Shown: positions 42,706-55,762 of the stretch, piece by piece
Layout of the letters: each line of letters begins with the position of its first letter
Numbering within the stretch: position 1 is the stretch's first letter
Notes under the pieces: generated by a model
Seen by the model: the letters and a program-made list of their open reading frames with translations, nothing else
What the model was told of the DNA's origin: nothing
Database searches by the model: none
Made by a program: the position numbers and the translations under genes
NCBI GenBank assembly: GCA_964016885.1
Contig: OZ024758.1
Location: 13,826,001-13,890,000, forward strand
DNA length: 64,000 nucleotides
Reading direction: 5' to 3'
Source: Eledone cirrhosa
Taxonomy: Eukaryota

Positions 42706-43023
42706 TAGAAATATTATTCAAGCTGATATTACTTTTGAAATTCTGCTATGTTGTAAAATGTCAAGAGCAATATTCATATGAAATGTTAACTAAATATGAA
42801 CATTATATATTTCAAACATTGGATAGGTTTTTTTTTTTTATTTCTAAATAAATAATTTTCAATAAATTAAAATAACTGAAATAAATCAATTCCAAGTTTT
42901 ATAATTTTCCTGATATTTTTTCTAGAATGTTCTTTATAACAATGAATACAAACTAATTGAACTTGTGGAAATCTCGTGTTACGTGCTCATCTTCACTATA
43001 AAATCTACATTACTGAATATATA

Positions 43024-43123
43024 CAGGGTGTTCCCCAAAAATGTATACACACTTCAACAGCAATTTAATAAATATTGCCAGTGCAGGTAGTCAAAGTATG
43101 TATACATTTTTTGGGACACCCTG
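43024..43123. mobile_element. 100-bp Tc1/mariner-type MITE
   Basis: TA-CAGGGTGTTCCCCAAAAATGTATACACACTT ... AAGTATGTATACATTTTTTGGGACACCCTG-TA. Confidence 0.85.
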
Positions 43124-43411
43124 TATATTAATCTAGGGTTATATATATGCAATATTAATGTCTTGCAAATCTCATTTTATAATTTGAATATCAGCTAATT
43201 TGGTACTTGTTCGTTTAAGCATGAAGCCCCACACTCCCCTCTAAATCTTTTTATGGTACCTTTCTAGAATGGTCTTTGGATTTTGATGTTTTGAACATCA
43301 ACTTAAAAATTTACCAAAAAAAAAGGGAAAAAATGTTTTTGTTTTTTTTCAATCAGAAACTAATTTATTTCACCTTTTCTTTTTTTACACTTGTGTACAT
43401 TTACAAATATA

Positions 43412-43470
<59 letters not shown>

Positions 43471-43993
43471 ACGTTTGAAGTGTAGAAATAGATTTTGTGT
43501 GTTGTGAGTAATTACATTTTTATCCTTAATGAATTAAAACATTTAAAGTTTTCAGATAGTCAAACAGTGCAATAGTAACACACTTTCATTAATAAATTAG
43601 ACATTAGTTTCACTAATTTGTAACTGATACTGCTATTACAAGGTATTAGTGATCTGAATAGAAATACATTTAGAAAGCATTACATTTAGATTCCTTAGTA
43701 TTTTATTGTTTTTTGGTTCCATTTTTTAAATGTATTTTTTATATTGTTAAAAAAAATTTAAAAAATTTTTTTGTTGGTTTTGAAACTGATTGTCAAAATG
43801 TAAAAATTCCTAAGACTGTATTTAAAAAAAACAATAAAATTTAATAAAAATAAAAGTTAGAGGTGGGGAGAATACAAATAGGTGCTGCTAATTCTTCAAA
43901 GCTTTTGGTATTTGCTTGAAAAGAAAATACAATTTAATAAAATACAATAAAATAAAAAATAGCTTTTTTAATTGTTTCTATAAATATAATGCT

Positions 43994-44460
43994 CATCATC
44001 ATCATCATCACCATTGTTTAATGTCCATGTTTCCACGCTGGCATGGGTTAGATGGGTTGTCCCGTTGTGAGAAATGCCAGGTCAGGTGACCATATCTTGC
44101 TCATTCAGGACCGATTTTTGCTTCGTTTCTACAGCTGGATGCCATTCCTAAAATCAACCTCATTTACAGTGAGTACTGGGTGCTTTTTTTTTTTTTGTCA
44201 TGACACCTACACGACCACTTTACAGTGTGGGCTGGGTGCTTTTTTTCGTGACACCTACACGACCACTTTACAGTGTGGACTGGGTGCTTTTTGTCATGAC
44301 ACTTACACGACCACTTTACAGTGTGGGCTGGGTGTTTTTTGTCATGACTCCTACACAATCACTTTACAGTGTGGGCTGGGTGTTTTTTGTCATAACACCT
44401 ATACGACTACTTTACAGTGTGGACTGGGCACTTTTTTACCATGGTGCCATCAGGACCACT
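43994..44460 (-). mobile_element. RTE 3'UTR with ~6 copies of the internal ~48-bp repeat
   Basis: (ATC)n tail at 43994; repeated acgaccactttacagtgtgggctgggtg. Confidence 0.85.
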
Positions 44461-44838
44461 TTACTGATATATTTTATAAATACTAAAGGGTTAAATAAAG
44501 TCGGTCAGTTTCCCCAAACCTCTTTGTCTCGAGCAATGGAACCAGTGGAGTTGGAGGATAGAGTGTCAAGTCAACTTCTACTTCAGCTTTCCACTCCATG
44601 TATTGTTTGGATAATCGTTGATGTTGGTTGAGTCCATGGCGGGTTGATTACATCTTTTGCTACTCTGTGATAAATGGACAAACAAAAGCTGTTGCGTTAT
44701 TACAGTGTGTTGAGATCACTAGAAAGTTGCCATGTTGCAAGAACAGAAGCATCGTGTCTAGACCTAGGTATTCATTATGCAAAGTCAGCTCAGTTTTGTT
44801 GTAATTTAAGAACAATGTAAATGATTCACATCTTCAGC

Positions 44839-44925
44839 TTAGCAGCAGGGGGGAGAAGCAGTTGTAGAGGAAGGAGGTTGTGAGGTTGTGACGATGTGCT
44901 GACTGTTGCATACTAAATGAAGGGC
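44839..44925 (-). other. Candidate terminal exon of a host gene (ALHLVCNSQHIVTTSQPPSSTTASPPCC*)
   Basis: Long T tract + cctgcAG acceptor, then unique sequence open to TAA. No homology recognised. Confidence 0.3.
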
Positions 44926-45315
44926 CTGCAGGAATCCACAAAAAAAAAAAAAAAAAAAAAAAGTAGATGGACAAAAGAAACGAAATATAGGAAAAGTAAT
45001 TCATTTCAGTTCCCCAGCACCAACCCACCTCCTCGAACCTGTCATGCCACAAATCACTAACACCATCATCACCACGACCATCATCATCACCACGACCACC
45101 ATCATCACCACAACCACCATCATCACCACAACCACCATCACCACGACCATCATCATCATCATCATCACCACCACCACCACCACCACCATCAACACCATCA
45201 TCATCATCATCACCATCGTCATCACCATCACCACAACCGCCACCACCATCATCGTCATCATCATCATCATCACATTCATCATCATCAGCATTTCATCCTC
45301 ATTATATCATCATTT

Positions 45316-45497
45316 TGGCAGTATCGGTAGAGGGTCGGACGCCATGCTTTCCAGCGTAGTTACGTCCCTTTACGGTCTGAGTTCAAATCGCGCCGAGGTT
45401 AACTTTGCCTTTCATCCTTACGGGGTCGATAAAATAAAGATACCAGTAATGTACTGGGTAATTGCTGGCCTTGTGCCAAAAGCAGAAACAATTATTA
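45316..45497 (+). mobile_element. Meta-like SINE
   Basis: Family consensus match. Confidence 0.88.
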
Positions 45498-45498
45498 T

Positions 45499-45727
45499 AT
45501 CATCATCATCATCATCATCATTGTTTAACATCTATTTTCAATGCTAGTATGGGTTTGACAGGTTGTCTTATTTTGAGGCAAGTCAGGTCAAGTGACCGTG
45601 TCCTGCTCATACAGAACTGTTTCTGGCTTGGTTTCTACAGCTGGATGCTCTTCCTAATGCCAACCACATTTACAGTGCAGACTGGGGGCTTTTTGTCGTA
45701 ACACCAACACGACACCAACATGACCAT
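45499..45727 (-). mobile_element. RTE 3'UTR fragment
   Basis: (ATC)n tail; ctacagctggatgc..ttcctaatgccaaccac. Confidence 0.75.
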
Positions 45728-45796
45728 TTCCTGCTATATATGATTTGAATTAGGAAGTATATATCTTCTTTAACCATCTTTTAATTTCTTCTTTTA

Positions 45797-45835
<39 letters not shown>

Positions 45836-46197
45836 TTCGTTTCTGAATTTGTTTAGCAAGATTCTTTATCTGAAATCGTGTGTTGAAACCGATATTGTTA
45901 TACTTTGGGAGGGTCATGTTGCCAATATAACAAAATGGCGTAGGATAGAAGAAAGGAAAGGCACAGAAACAAAGAAAGGAATCCCCAGTCACTGAAGAGG
46001 TCACAGAGTGTGTGACGAAAGGACTATGACTATATATAAACAACTATCTGGTTGTGGAACCAACCAACCAACCAGAAATTTATAAGTTTGTAGATTTTTA
46101 AATTTATAAATTTATAAATATATAATAAATTGAAGTGAAAGCAACTGGTGCGTGTGTTTCTTATTGGCAACATGACCCTCCCAAAGTATAACAATAT
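45836..46197. mobile_element. Penelope-like pLTR remnant / retrozyme-like unit, family H1
   Basis: (TA)n-flanked. Inverted repeat atattgttatactttgggagggtcatgttgccaata at both ends of the core, a ~55-bp tail on one side, and an internal hammerhead. Confidence 0.7.
45987..46031 (+). ncRNA. Minimal type I hammerhead motif, family H1
   Basis: AGTCA-CTGAAGA-G-[GTCACA gagtg TGTGAC]-GAAA-G ga C-TA/TGACT. Confidence 0.78.
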
Positions 46198-46448
46198 ATA
46201 TATATATATATAATTGGAAATTTAGTAAAATCGAATCTCTGGCGGTTTGCAAGCAAATTCGGTCTACTTATATGAAATGATGAGTTAGCAAAGCACTCGA
46301 TAAGTTAGGTCCTTAGAGTAATAACATACGTTTAAATAGCTTGACAAATCGAACATTGTGGTAGGCAAAATCTAACACACAATAATATACCAAAGTAACG
46401 ACAGAACTAACAGGTTGATATATATCATCATCATCATCATCATCATCA

Positions 46449-46506
<58 letters not shown>

Positions 46507-46509
<3 letters not shown>

Positions 46510-46729
46510 GGAACGATCGACTTTTCGTCAAATCGGACCGAGGAAACAATGTTTCCGTTGGTCTTTCCAGTTGCTAATACTATCTATCGGCCGCAACTCC
46601 AGGTAGAAGGAGCAATGTGAAATAAAGTGTCTTGCTCAAGGACATAACGCATTGCCTGGTCCAGGAATCAAACTCACAATCTCACGATTGCGAATCCAAT
46701 TCTCTAACCACTCAGCCACACGCCTTCAC
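46507..46729 (-). mobile_element. CORE-like SINE, alternative tail type 2
   Basis: Same tRNA head and ccttgagcaagacactttatttcacattgctcc, then an unrelated tail (..gcaactggaaagacc..gtcgatcgttcc). Confidence 0.8.
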
Positions 46730-46931
46730 CAATATATTAAAATAACAGATTAAAGTTTGAGCAAAGAATCGCTGCTTTCACTCTTAACCGTTAAGGGTGA
46801 AAGCTGCGATTCTTTGCTTAAACTTTAATCTGTTATTTTAATAAATATTTGCTCTAGGGTTCTTATATATTTGATATATATTTATCCTTACCGAGCCCTC
46901 TTTGGATTTTAGTCTTCAAATTTATTATTAT

Positions 46932-46973
<42 letters not shown>

Positions 46974-46975
<2 letters not shown>

Positions 46976-47180
46976 CGAAGGAAATGTGGTAAGGAACCAG
47001 GTGGACCATAACGCACCAAAGTACTCAATACTTAGGGTAGTAGAGTGGGTAATAGGAACAAGTAAGACCCCGACGGCTGAGCTCAAGCCGTTTCGACGGC
47101 TAATTCTATAGTTGATATACAATGAGTATAGAATTAGCCATCGAAACGGCTTGAGCTCAGCCGTCGGGGTCTTACTTGTT

Positions 47181-47181
<1 letters not shown>
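46974..47181 (-). mobile_element. Penelope-like fold-back unit, family H3 (carries only the hammerhead 3' half)
   Basis: Arms acaagtaagaccccgacggctgagctcaagccgtttcga / tcgaaacggcttgagctcagccgtcggggtcttacttgt + tail. Relatives at 49203-49395, 24017-24073 and 9625-9690. Confidence 0.65.
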
Positions 47182-47217
<36 letters not shown>

Positions 47218-47237
47218 TATATATATGGGGGGGGGGG

Positions 47238-47398
47238 GTGTTAGGAAGGGTATCCAGCTGTAAAAAAATTTTTTTTAGCCAAAATAAGTTCCATTTGAAC
47301 AAGCGACAGCTGGCCAGACTTGTCTCATGATGTGGATGACCCATCTGACCCATACAAGCATGGCAAAATAGATGTTAAACGGTGATGATGATGATGAT
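47238..47398 (+). mobile_element. RTE 3'UTR fragment
   Basis: gtgttaggaagggtatccagctgta..(GAT)n. Confidence 0.7.
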
Positions 47399-47906
47399 AT
47401 TTATGACTAATACGTTATTTCTTAGTTACATAGTGGAGTAGAGTGACCCAACGTTACGTAGATACACCCACACCAATATATACATACATACATACATACA
47501 CACACACAGCAACGCACACATACGTGCATATACCCGAACCAATTTATACATATGTACATACACCCACCGCAACACACATACATATATACATACACCCACA
47601 GCAACACACACATACATACATACACACACTCACACACAGATCTTTATTTAGTCTAACCTTTGTCATTGATTCTGTTGAATGCACACACCACACCACACAT
47701 ACCACACCACATCACACACCACATCACACACCACACCACACACCACACCACACATACCACACCACATCACACACCACACCACCAATAAAATAGCTTCTGT
47801 TTAATGATATTAGCCAATCAAATACCAATAAATTGTGACGTCTTTTTCTATTTTGAGTCTCTATCTCTGTTGAACATGCGTGTTTATGTTTGTGTTTCTA
47901 TCCGCT

Positions 47907-47955
<49 letters not shown>

Positions 47956-48006
47956 CTGTATATGTATGTGTACACATACATATATATGTATGTGTACACG
48001 CACACG

Positions 48007-48051
<45 letters not shown>

Positions 48052-48166
48052 GCAAAATGTGGCTTCCAGTAACTCCGTTGAAAGGCTTGGTCAGTGACAA
48101 CCCAATCTGTTCTTGATAGCAAGGGAAATGGACGTTAAATGATGATGATGATGATCATCATCATCA

Positions 48167-48229
<63 letters not shown>

Positions 48230-48321
48230 GATAGATATAGATACATATATAGATACATATATGTATATATATATATATGTATATATATATATTTATATAT
48301 ATATATATGTATATATATATT

Positions 48322-48375
<54 letters not shown>

Positions 48376-48409
48376 TAGATATATATATGTGTATATATAT
48401 ATATATATG

Positions 48410-48668
48410 ATCATCAAGATTTAACGTCCGTGTTCCATGCTTGCATGAGTTTGGACGGGGGTTTTCCCACTTGAGGCAAGAGTGATTGTCTTGCTCGCAT
48501 AGGACTGTCTGGCGGGTTTTCTATAGTTGGATGCCCTTCCTAACACCAACCACATTTACAGTGTGGGGCTGGGAGGTTTTTACCGTGTTGCCTACACGGC
48601 CACATTACAGCGTGGACTGTGTGTTTTTTTGTCGTGACACCTACACGATCTCATTTGTTTCGGCCTGG
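48410..48668 (-). mobile_element. Young RTE 3'UTR fragment in (TA)n
   Basis: Near-identical reverse complement of 19043-19300; both ends in TA repeats. Confidence 0.9.
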
Positions 48669-48754
48669 ATATATATATATATATATACATACATCCAAAC
48701 TTGTCCCATGGACTGAGTGCTCTACCGCTACAGATATTACCTTCCAGTGTTCTA

Positions 48755-48795
<41 letters not shown>

Positions 48796-48839
48796 AAGTT
48801 AAATAAAAGTCAAATGATTAAAATTTAGCTTCGTTTATT

Positions 48840-48894
48840 ACTGCTATATATATTTCAGTGACAGCCATCTTTGGCTGTGACCTCTTCAGGCAGT
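48840..48894 (-). ncRNA. Minimal type I hammerhead motif
   Basis: Minus strand ACTGC-CTGAAGA-[GGTCACAGCCA aaga TGGCTGTCACT]-GAAA-TATATA-TA/GCAGT; palindromic stem III. Confidence 0.8.
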
Positions 48895-49028
48895 TTGAAT
48901 TAGTATGGTATACTCTGATATGCCCAGTTCCTTGTTGGGTACGTAGGTCCCGAGTTGAGTCGGGGATAACCATGGCAGAGTAAAATTTACATGGCAGAGT
49001 AAAATTTTTTTTTATTTAATAGAAGGAG

Positions 49029-49075
49029 CTTCTACAGGACTAGTACTGTTTCATTCAGATGAAATCTTCAGGAAG
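49029..49075 (-). ncRNA. Type I hammerhead motif, family H2
   Basis: CTTC-CTGAAGA-[tTTC atct GAAt]-GAAA-CAG tactagtc CTG-TA/GAAG. Confidence 0.75.
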
Positions 49076-49171
49076 TAACCAAACTACTCCGGAGTAACTA
49101 AACCAACCTGCGCACTTCGTCGAGTGCTCCAGCCTGCATACTGAGGTGTTGGTATACAACCAACATAAACT

Positions 49172-49202
<31 letters not shown>

Positions 49203-49390
49203 ATGAAAAGAGTCAGGACCCCGACAGCTGAGCTTCGGCCGTTTCGACAGCTATATCCAAACAGTTCAGATCTAGCTGTCGAAATGGCCGGAGCTCAGCA
49301 GTCGGGGTCTTGACTTTTTTTCGTATTACCTACTCTACTACCCTAAATATCGTTATGGTCCACCTGGTATCTTACCACACCTTCTTTGTT

Positions 49391-49461
<71 letters not shown>

Positions 49462-49718
49462 CACACACACATATGGTCTGAACACAGCAGTACTGCTATT
49501 AATTCTTCCTCTATATTTCTTATTCACTTCCTTTCTATCATTTTCTTTCCTTCTCTGGGAGAAATCTGCTGTGTTCAGACCTTGAGAGGGGATGGGCCCT
49601 GCCAAGTTTAAAATGGCCGGTCCAAGAATTGAACTCACAACCTCATGAATTCAAATCTCTAACCACTCAGCCATGTGTCTTCATCTTTGAATAGTACTTA
49701 ATTTTATTATTCATCACT

Positions 49719-49880
49719 GTGGATTGGCAGAAATAGGTAGGGCAACAGACACCATACAGTTATGGCCCTTTACGGTCTGAGGTTAACTTTGCTTTTCATC
49801 CTTACGGGGTTGATAAAATAAAGTACCAGTAATGCACTGGGGTAATTGCTGGTCTTGTGCCAAAAGTAGAAACAATTATT
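49719..49880 (+). mobile_element. Meta-like SINE (internally deleted)
   Basis: Family match, B box missing. Confidence 0.8.
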
Positions 49881-51096
49881 AACCATAGAAGCATGAAATT
49901 CAGTCAATCACAGCCGGATGTGAACAAAATAAGCACAAATTATTTGTGTATGGCGCTCTATCGATTCAGCTGTCAACTCCAGGTAATAAAGCCATTGGTA
50001 TTTATACCAATGGTAGTTAAGTTAGTTAATTACTATGTTTGGGAAAGATGCATAATTAAAAACAAAAGCTGATTCCTGAAGTATCTCTTTGAAGTCTTCT
50101 GATGTTATATATATATATTTATATTTATCTCTGCTGTTATGGTAAATCACAGACACTTCATGTCAACCCTGTTCTGCTTCAGTTTCTGTTAACCAATCTA
50201 CTTCAGGTGTCTATGAATTATTTATGACACTGAATCTTAATTATTAGATATAATTTTTTGCAGACTGTTAACCACCTCTTTTAGACACAAAATATTCCTA
50301 AAATATTTAATATTAACCATTTAAATTATCGCTTTATCTCAGAATATTGGCGGCAGGTGTTTTATTCTTCATTATATACACAGTTCGAGCTTCGATTTGA
50401 ACTAGGAACATTTATTGCTATCTTAGTTATCTTCTATAATATTGTCGTTATGAATATAATCTGTTCTCTTCTCACTCTAGTTTTGGTTTTGAAAAAAGCA
50501 ACTGGTAAATTATTTATGATTTTATGTAAAATAAAGATTTTTTTTTTAAATCAAAAACCAATACAATTTTTAAATAAAAGAACAAGTTTGTCTGGAATTT
50601 TTTTATTTAATTATTTTACTAAAGTGTTTGAATTATATTAGAAATTTTAATCCATTTTTCACTGTAAAATCTTTATTTTAACATGTATAGATGTATGTAC
50701 CCGGTTGATAAAGGAGGTATATCTATAGAATATGTCGGAATATTTATTTAGCTCTAATAGCTTCGTGTTTTCTCATTTGGTATCTTCTATTTTCTGAATT
50801 CGAACCTTGCAATGGTTAACTTTTGACTTTCAAATCTCCATTATCACTTATTCACTTACAGTTTAATGTATATTTATTTTGCATATTGATATACAACTGT
50901 TATGGCTATTTCAATATAAAACTGTTATGACTATTTCATGAATAGAACAGTTTTATATATCCATGGAACAACAGGTTTTGTAAGAGGCTTTGAAAGGCTC
51001 CTGCAGAACAACTATAAGAAGGTGGGAACTGGGAGTCCAATAAGGTACCCATTCAACCATTTAGTTTCCAAAGTCTAAAGTATGTCTCAACCCTAG

Positions 51097-51352
51097 AAAC
51101 TCATTAGGCCGGTGCTTATCCCAGTTTTGGTAGTGTTAAGCAACTGAGAGTACAAGACTTCCTCCTGGACAGGACACCGGTCCATCACAAGGTTAAACCC
51201 CCAGCTACTACTGCTGCTACTCATTTTCAGCTGAGTATACTGGAGCAACATGAAATAAAGTGTTTTGCTCAAGAACACAACATACAACCCAGTCCATGAA
51301 TCAAACCCATAATGTTATGATTGTAAGACCAACACCCTTAACACTAGGCCAC
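51097..51352 (-). mobile_element. CORE-like SINE, alternative tail type 3
   Basis: tRNA-like head + cttgagcaaaacactttatttca, then gatggaccggtgtcctgtccagg..gggataagcaccggcc. A partial copy of this tail lies at 4548-4680. Confidence 0.75.
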
Positions 51353-52341
51353 TACATAGTGTTGCAAGGGTCATGTTTTTAATATCTAAGACAGCTGTTC
51401 CAATCTTGCATCAGTTGCTAGTGTTTCTGGGGCCAAACACTTTGAATTTCTCTTGCCAGAGTCTTCCTGCTTAACTGAGAAGATGATGAATCTCATAACC
51501 TAGCAGATCCCTGAAACAGTCCTGATAACTTGATGCAGTGTATCGAGGATAAATCAGTCTTGTTGGGCCCATCTGTCCCTAAGGTGTAATATCACTGAAG
51601 TTGAACACAGCACAGCAAGCAAGCTGTTTGTCATTTCTGCTGTGCTCCCACTGCTTCCAGCAATGAATTCAGCCATTTTCCTGTTAATAATTACCACGTA
51701 GACAGTGTGAATTATTTAGTGTTAAGTGTCTTAGATAGATTGTAGGAAATAGCAACTCTCCAGCCATCTCTTTCACACTTTTATGTCATCACAGTCAACT
51801 ACAGCTTCAGGTTAATCAAGAATCTATTTTAATTGCTACTGCGATTGTGTGATTGGTTGAGTAAATTTAATGTTTAATTAGCAATGAAGATATCTACTCA
51901 TTATTGTTTGGAATAGTATACTTGATATTACAGACAATGCTTTTCTTATATTTCCTAATTTTAGGCTTAATTTGAACAATTATTTGTCACAGGTTTAACT
52001 AACTTTTAATACTGTTCTGTTGAACTTATTACATTAAACTGTTGTTGTATATATAATATATCTACAATATATGTAGCATTGCTAAAACAACACCCCGGTG
52101 GCTCGTTAGGCTTCTTTCTTAATTTCTTTTGTTTTCTATATCTTTCATGTTCCCTGCACCCATGTCCCCTGCTCCTCATGTTCCTAGCTCCCCATGATAT
52201 CTAACATCCCTACTATCTCTGTATGCCATCTTTCCTACATGTCTGTCTCTCCTCTTCTCATTCCATCACCTTTCTTTCTCTCTCTCTTTCTTTCTTTCTC
52301 TCTTTCTTTCTTTCTTTCTCTCTTTCTTTCTCTTTCTTTCT

Positions 52342-52380
<39 letters not shown>

Positions 52381-52613
52381 TTCTATCACCCCCTCTCTCT
52401 GTCTCCTATTACCACCTCTCTCCTACTTCCCACAACCTCTCTCTCTCCTACCTCCCACCAACTCCCCCCCCCCCCCCCCCCACCACCCGTCCTATCATCC
52501 TCCCTCCCACCTCAGCCAATATTCTCCTCCATTAAAACAATCCTTTTAAACTGTCAGAATCTACTGACAGACTCTATCGCTACATGTCCTCAAATAAAGA
52601 ACTAATATCGCTG

Positions 52614-52654
<41 letters not shown>

Positions 52655-52745
52655 CCCCACATGTACACATACATGAACATGTGAAAATTACTGCATATAC
52701 ACACACACATGCAGGTACTCTCACACAGCAACAAGTGTTTACACG

Positions 52746-52836
<91 letters not shown>

Positions 52837-52961
52837 GCATGCATGTACTCTCATACACAGCAAGTATTTACATGCATACACACACACATGCATATACTCC
52901 CATGTGCAGACAACTTTCCATGCAAGTGCACACATAAGATTTACATATGATGACATGCACA

Positions 52962-53094
<133 letters not shown>

Positions 53095-53314
53095 CAGTTA
53101 TACATACATGCATCACACACACATATATAAACACATATATATATATATATATATAGCAGTTATACATACATGCATCACACACATATACATATATATAGAT
53201 ATATATATAGCAATTATACATACATACATCACACACATACCCACACACACATATATATATATATATGTGTATATAGATATATATAGCAGTTATACATACA
53301 TGCATCACACACAT

Positions 53315-53347
<33 letters not shown>

Positions 53348-53979
53348 GATATATATACCAGTTATATATACATGCATACACACACACATACACATGCATA
53401 TATATATATATATATAGAAGTTATGCATATATATATAAGTTATACATACATGCAACACACATATACATATCTCTACACATGTATATGCAAATTATACATG
53501 TACATGCACACAACTCTATAGATGTACATATATATATTCCACACACATATAGAAGTTATACATACATGCACCATACATATATACACAAGTTTTATACATC
53601 TATATGCAAATTATACATACACATACATAACTGTGTAGATGTACAAATATATTCCACACACACACTAACACTAACACACACTCAAGTCTATCCACATACA
53701 CACATGTATATGCAAATTATATATATACACCACTTTTACATCTACATGCACACAACAATTATATTAAACACACTCACACACACACTCTACACACACACAC
53801 TCTCAAGTCTATACACATATACACAACTCTACACATGTACATATATATTCCACATATATACACACACACACTCTCTCTACAGATGTATGTATATATTCCA
53901 CATATACACACACACACTCTCAAGTCTATACACATATACACATGTTTATGCAAATTATATGCATACATGCAACACACAC

Positions 53980-54550
53980 ATACACACACTCAAGTCTATA
54001 CACATACGCACAGCTCTATAGATGTACATATATATTCTATACAAACACACACATACACACACTCAAGTCTATCCACATACACACACTCAAGTCTATACAC
54101 ATACACACACTCAAGTCTATACACATACACACACTCAAGTCTATACACACACACACACTCAAGTCTATACACATACACACACTCAAGTCTATACACACAC
54201 ACACACTCAAGTCTATACACATACACACACTCAAGTCTATACACATACACAGAGCTCTATAGATGTACATATATATTCTATACAAACACACACACATACA
54301 CACACTCAAGTCTATACACACACACACTCAAGTCTATCCACATACACACACTCAAGTCTATACACATACACACAGCTCTATAGATGTACATATATATTCT
54401 ATACAAACACATACATATACACACTCAAGTGTATACACATACACACACTCAAGTCTATACACATACACACAGCTCTATAGATGTACATATATATTCTATA
54501 CAAACACACACACACACACACACACACACTCAAGTGTATACACATACACA
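53980..54550. repeat. 24-bp minisatellite within a CA-rich tract
   Basis: cacactcaagtctatacacataca. Confidence 0.88.
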
Positions 54551-54716
54551 CACACATATACCCTCAAGTGTGTGCATGTACACAGTTTCTGTATTTACTA
54601 GAAAAATGAACTATACAGTGAAGTATAGACCATGTTTTACCTACAAGAAGTATTGTCATGTTGATGTAACGAGATATTTGTACAGTTTAGACAAGAGGAA
54701 AAGAATATATATATAT

Positions 54717-55103
54717 TTCGTTTCTGAATTTGTTTAGCAAGATTCTTTATCTGAAATCGTGTGTTGAAACCGATATTGTTATACTTTGGGAGGGTCATGT
54801 TGCCAATAAGAAACACACGCACCAGTTGCTTTCACTTCAATTTATTATATATTTATAAATTTATAAATTTACAAATCTACAAACTTATAAATTTCTGGTT
54901 GGTTGGTTGGTTGGTTCCACAACCAGATAGTTGTTTATATATAGTCATAGTCCTTTCGTCACACACTCTGTGACCTCTTCAGCGACTGGGGATTCCTTTC
55001 TTTGTTTCTGTGCCTTTCCTTTCTTCTGTCCTACGCCATTTTGTTTTTGTGTGTGTGTTGTGTGCTCAGTTTGCGCATGCGCCACATGACCCTCCCAAAG
55101 TAT

Positions 55104-55111
<8 letters not shown>
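54717..55111 (-). mobile_element. Penelope-like pLTR remnant, family H1 (second copy)
   Basis: Same tail and termini as 45836-46197, but the core is in the opposite orientation relative to the tail. A related terminus also occurs at 31673. Confidence 0.7.
54943..54987 (-). ncRNA. Minimal type I hammerhead motif, family H1
   Basis: AGTCG-CTGAAGA-G-[GTCACA gagtg TGTGAC]-GAAA-GGAC-TA/TGACT; a G.U pair replaces A-U in stem I. Confidence 0.75.
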
Positions 55112-55171
<60 letters not shown>

Positions 55172-55619
55172 GTATTTGTATATATATGTCTAACCCATGC
55201 TAGCGTGGAAAGTGGACGTTAAACGAGGATGATGATGATGATATATATGTATATATATAGATGTATGTATGTGTATATATATATAGATGTATGTATGTGT
55301 ATATATATATGTATATATATATAGATGTATGTATGTGTATATATATATGTATATATATATAGATGTATGTATATGTATATATATAGATGTATGTATGTGT
55401 ATATATATATGTATATATATAGATGTTTGTATGTGTGTGTATTTATATATGTGTATATATAGATGTATGTATGTGTATTTATATATGTATATATATAGAT
55501 GTATGTATGTGTATTTATATGTATATATATATAGATGTATGTATGTGTATTTATATATGTATATATATCTATATATATATATATATATGTATGTATGTGA
55601 ATATGTACATGTGTATGTA

Positions 55620-55670
<51 letters not shown>

Positions 55671-55731
55671 ATGAATTAAATCAAACATTTCTACTTAAGC
55701 CTCATCATAGCTTCTGGACAGCTTTTGTTTC

Positions 55732-55762
<31 letters not shown>

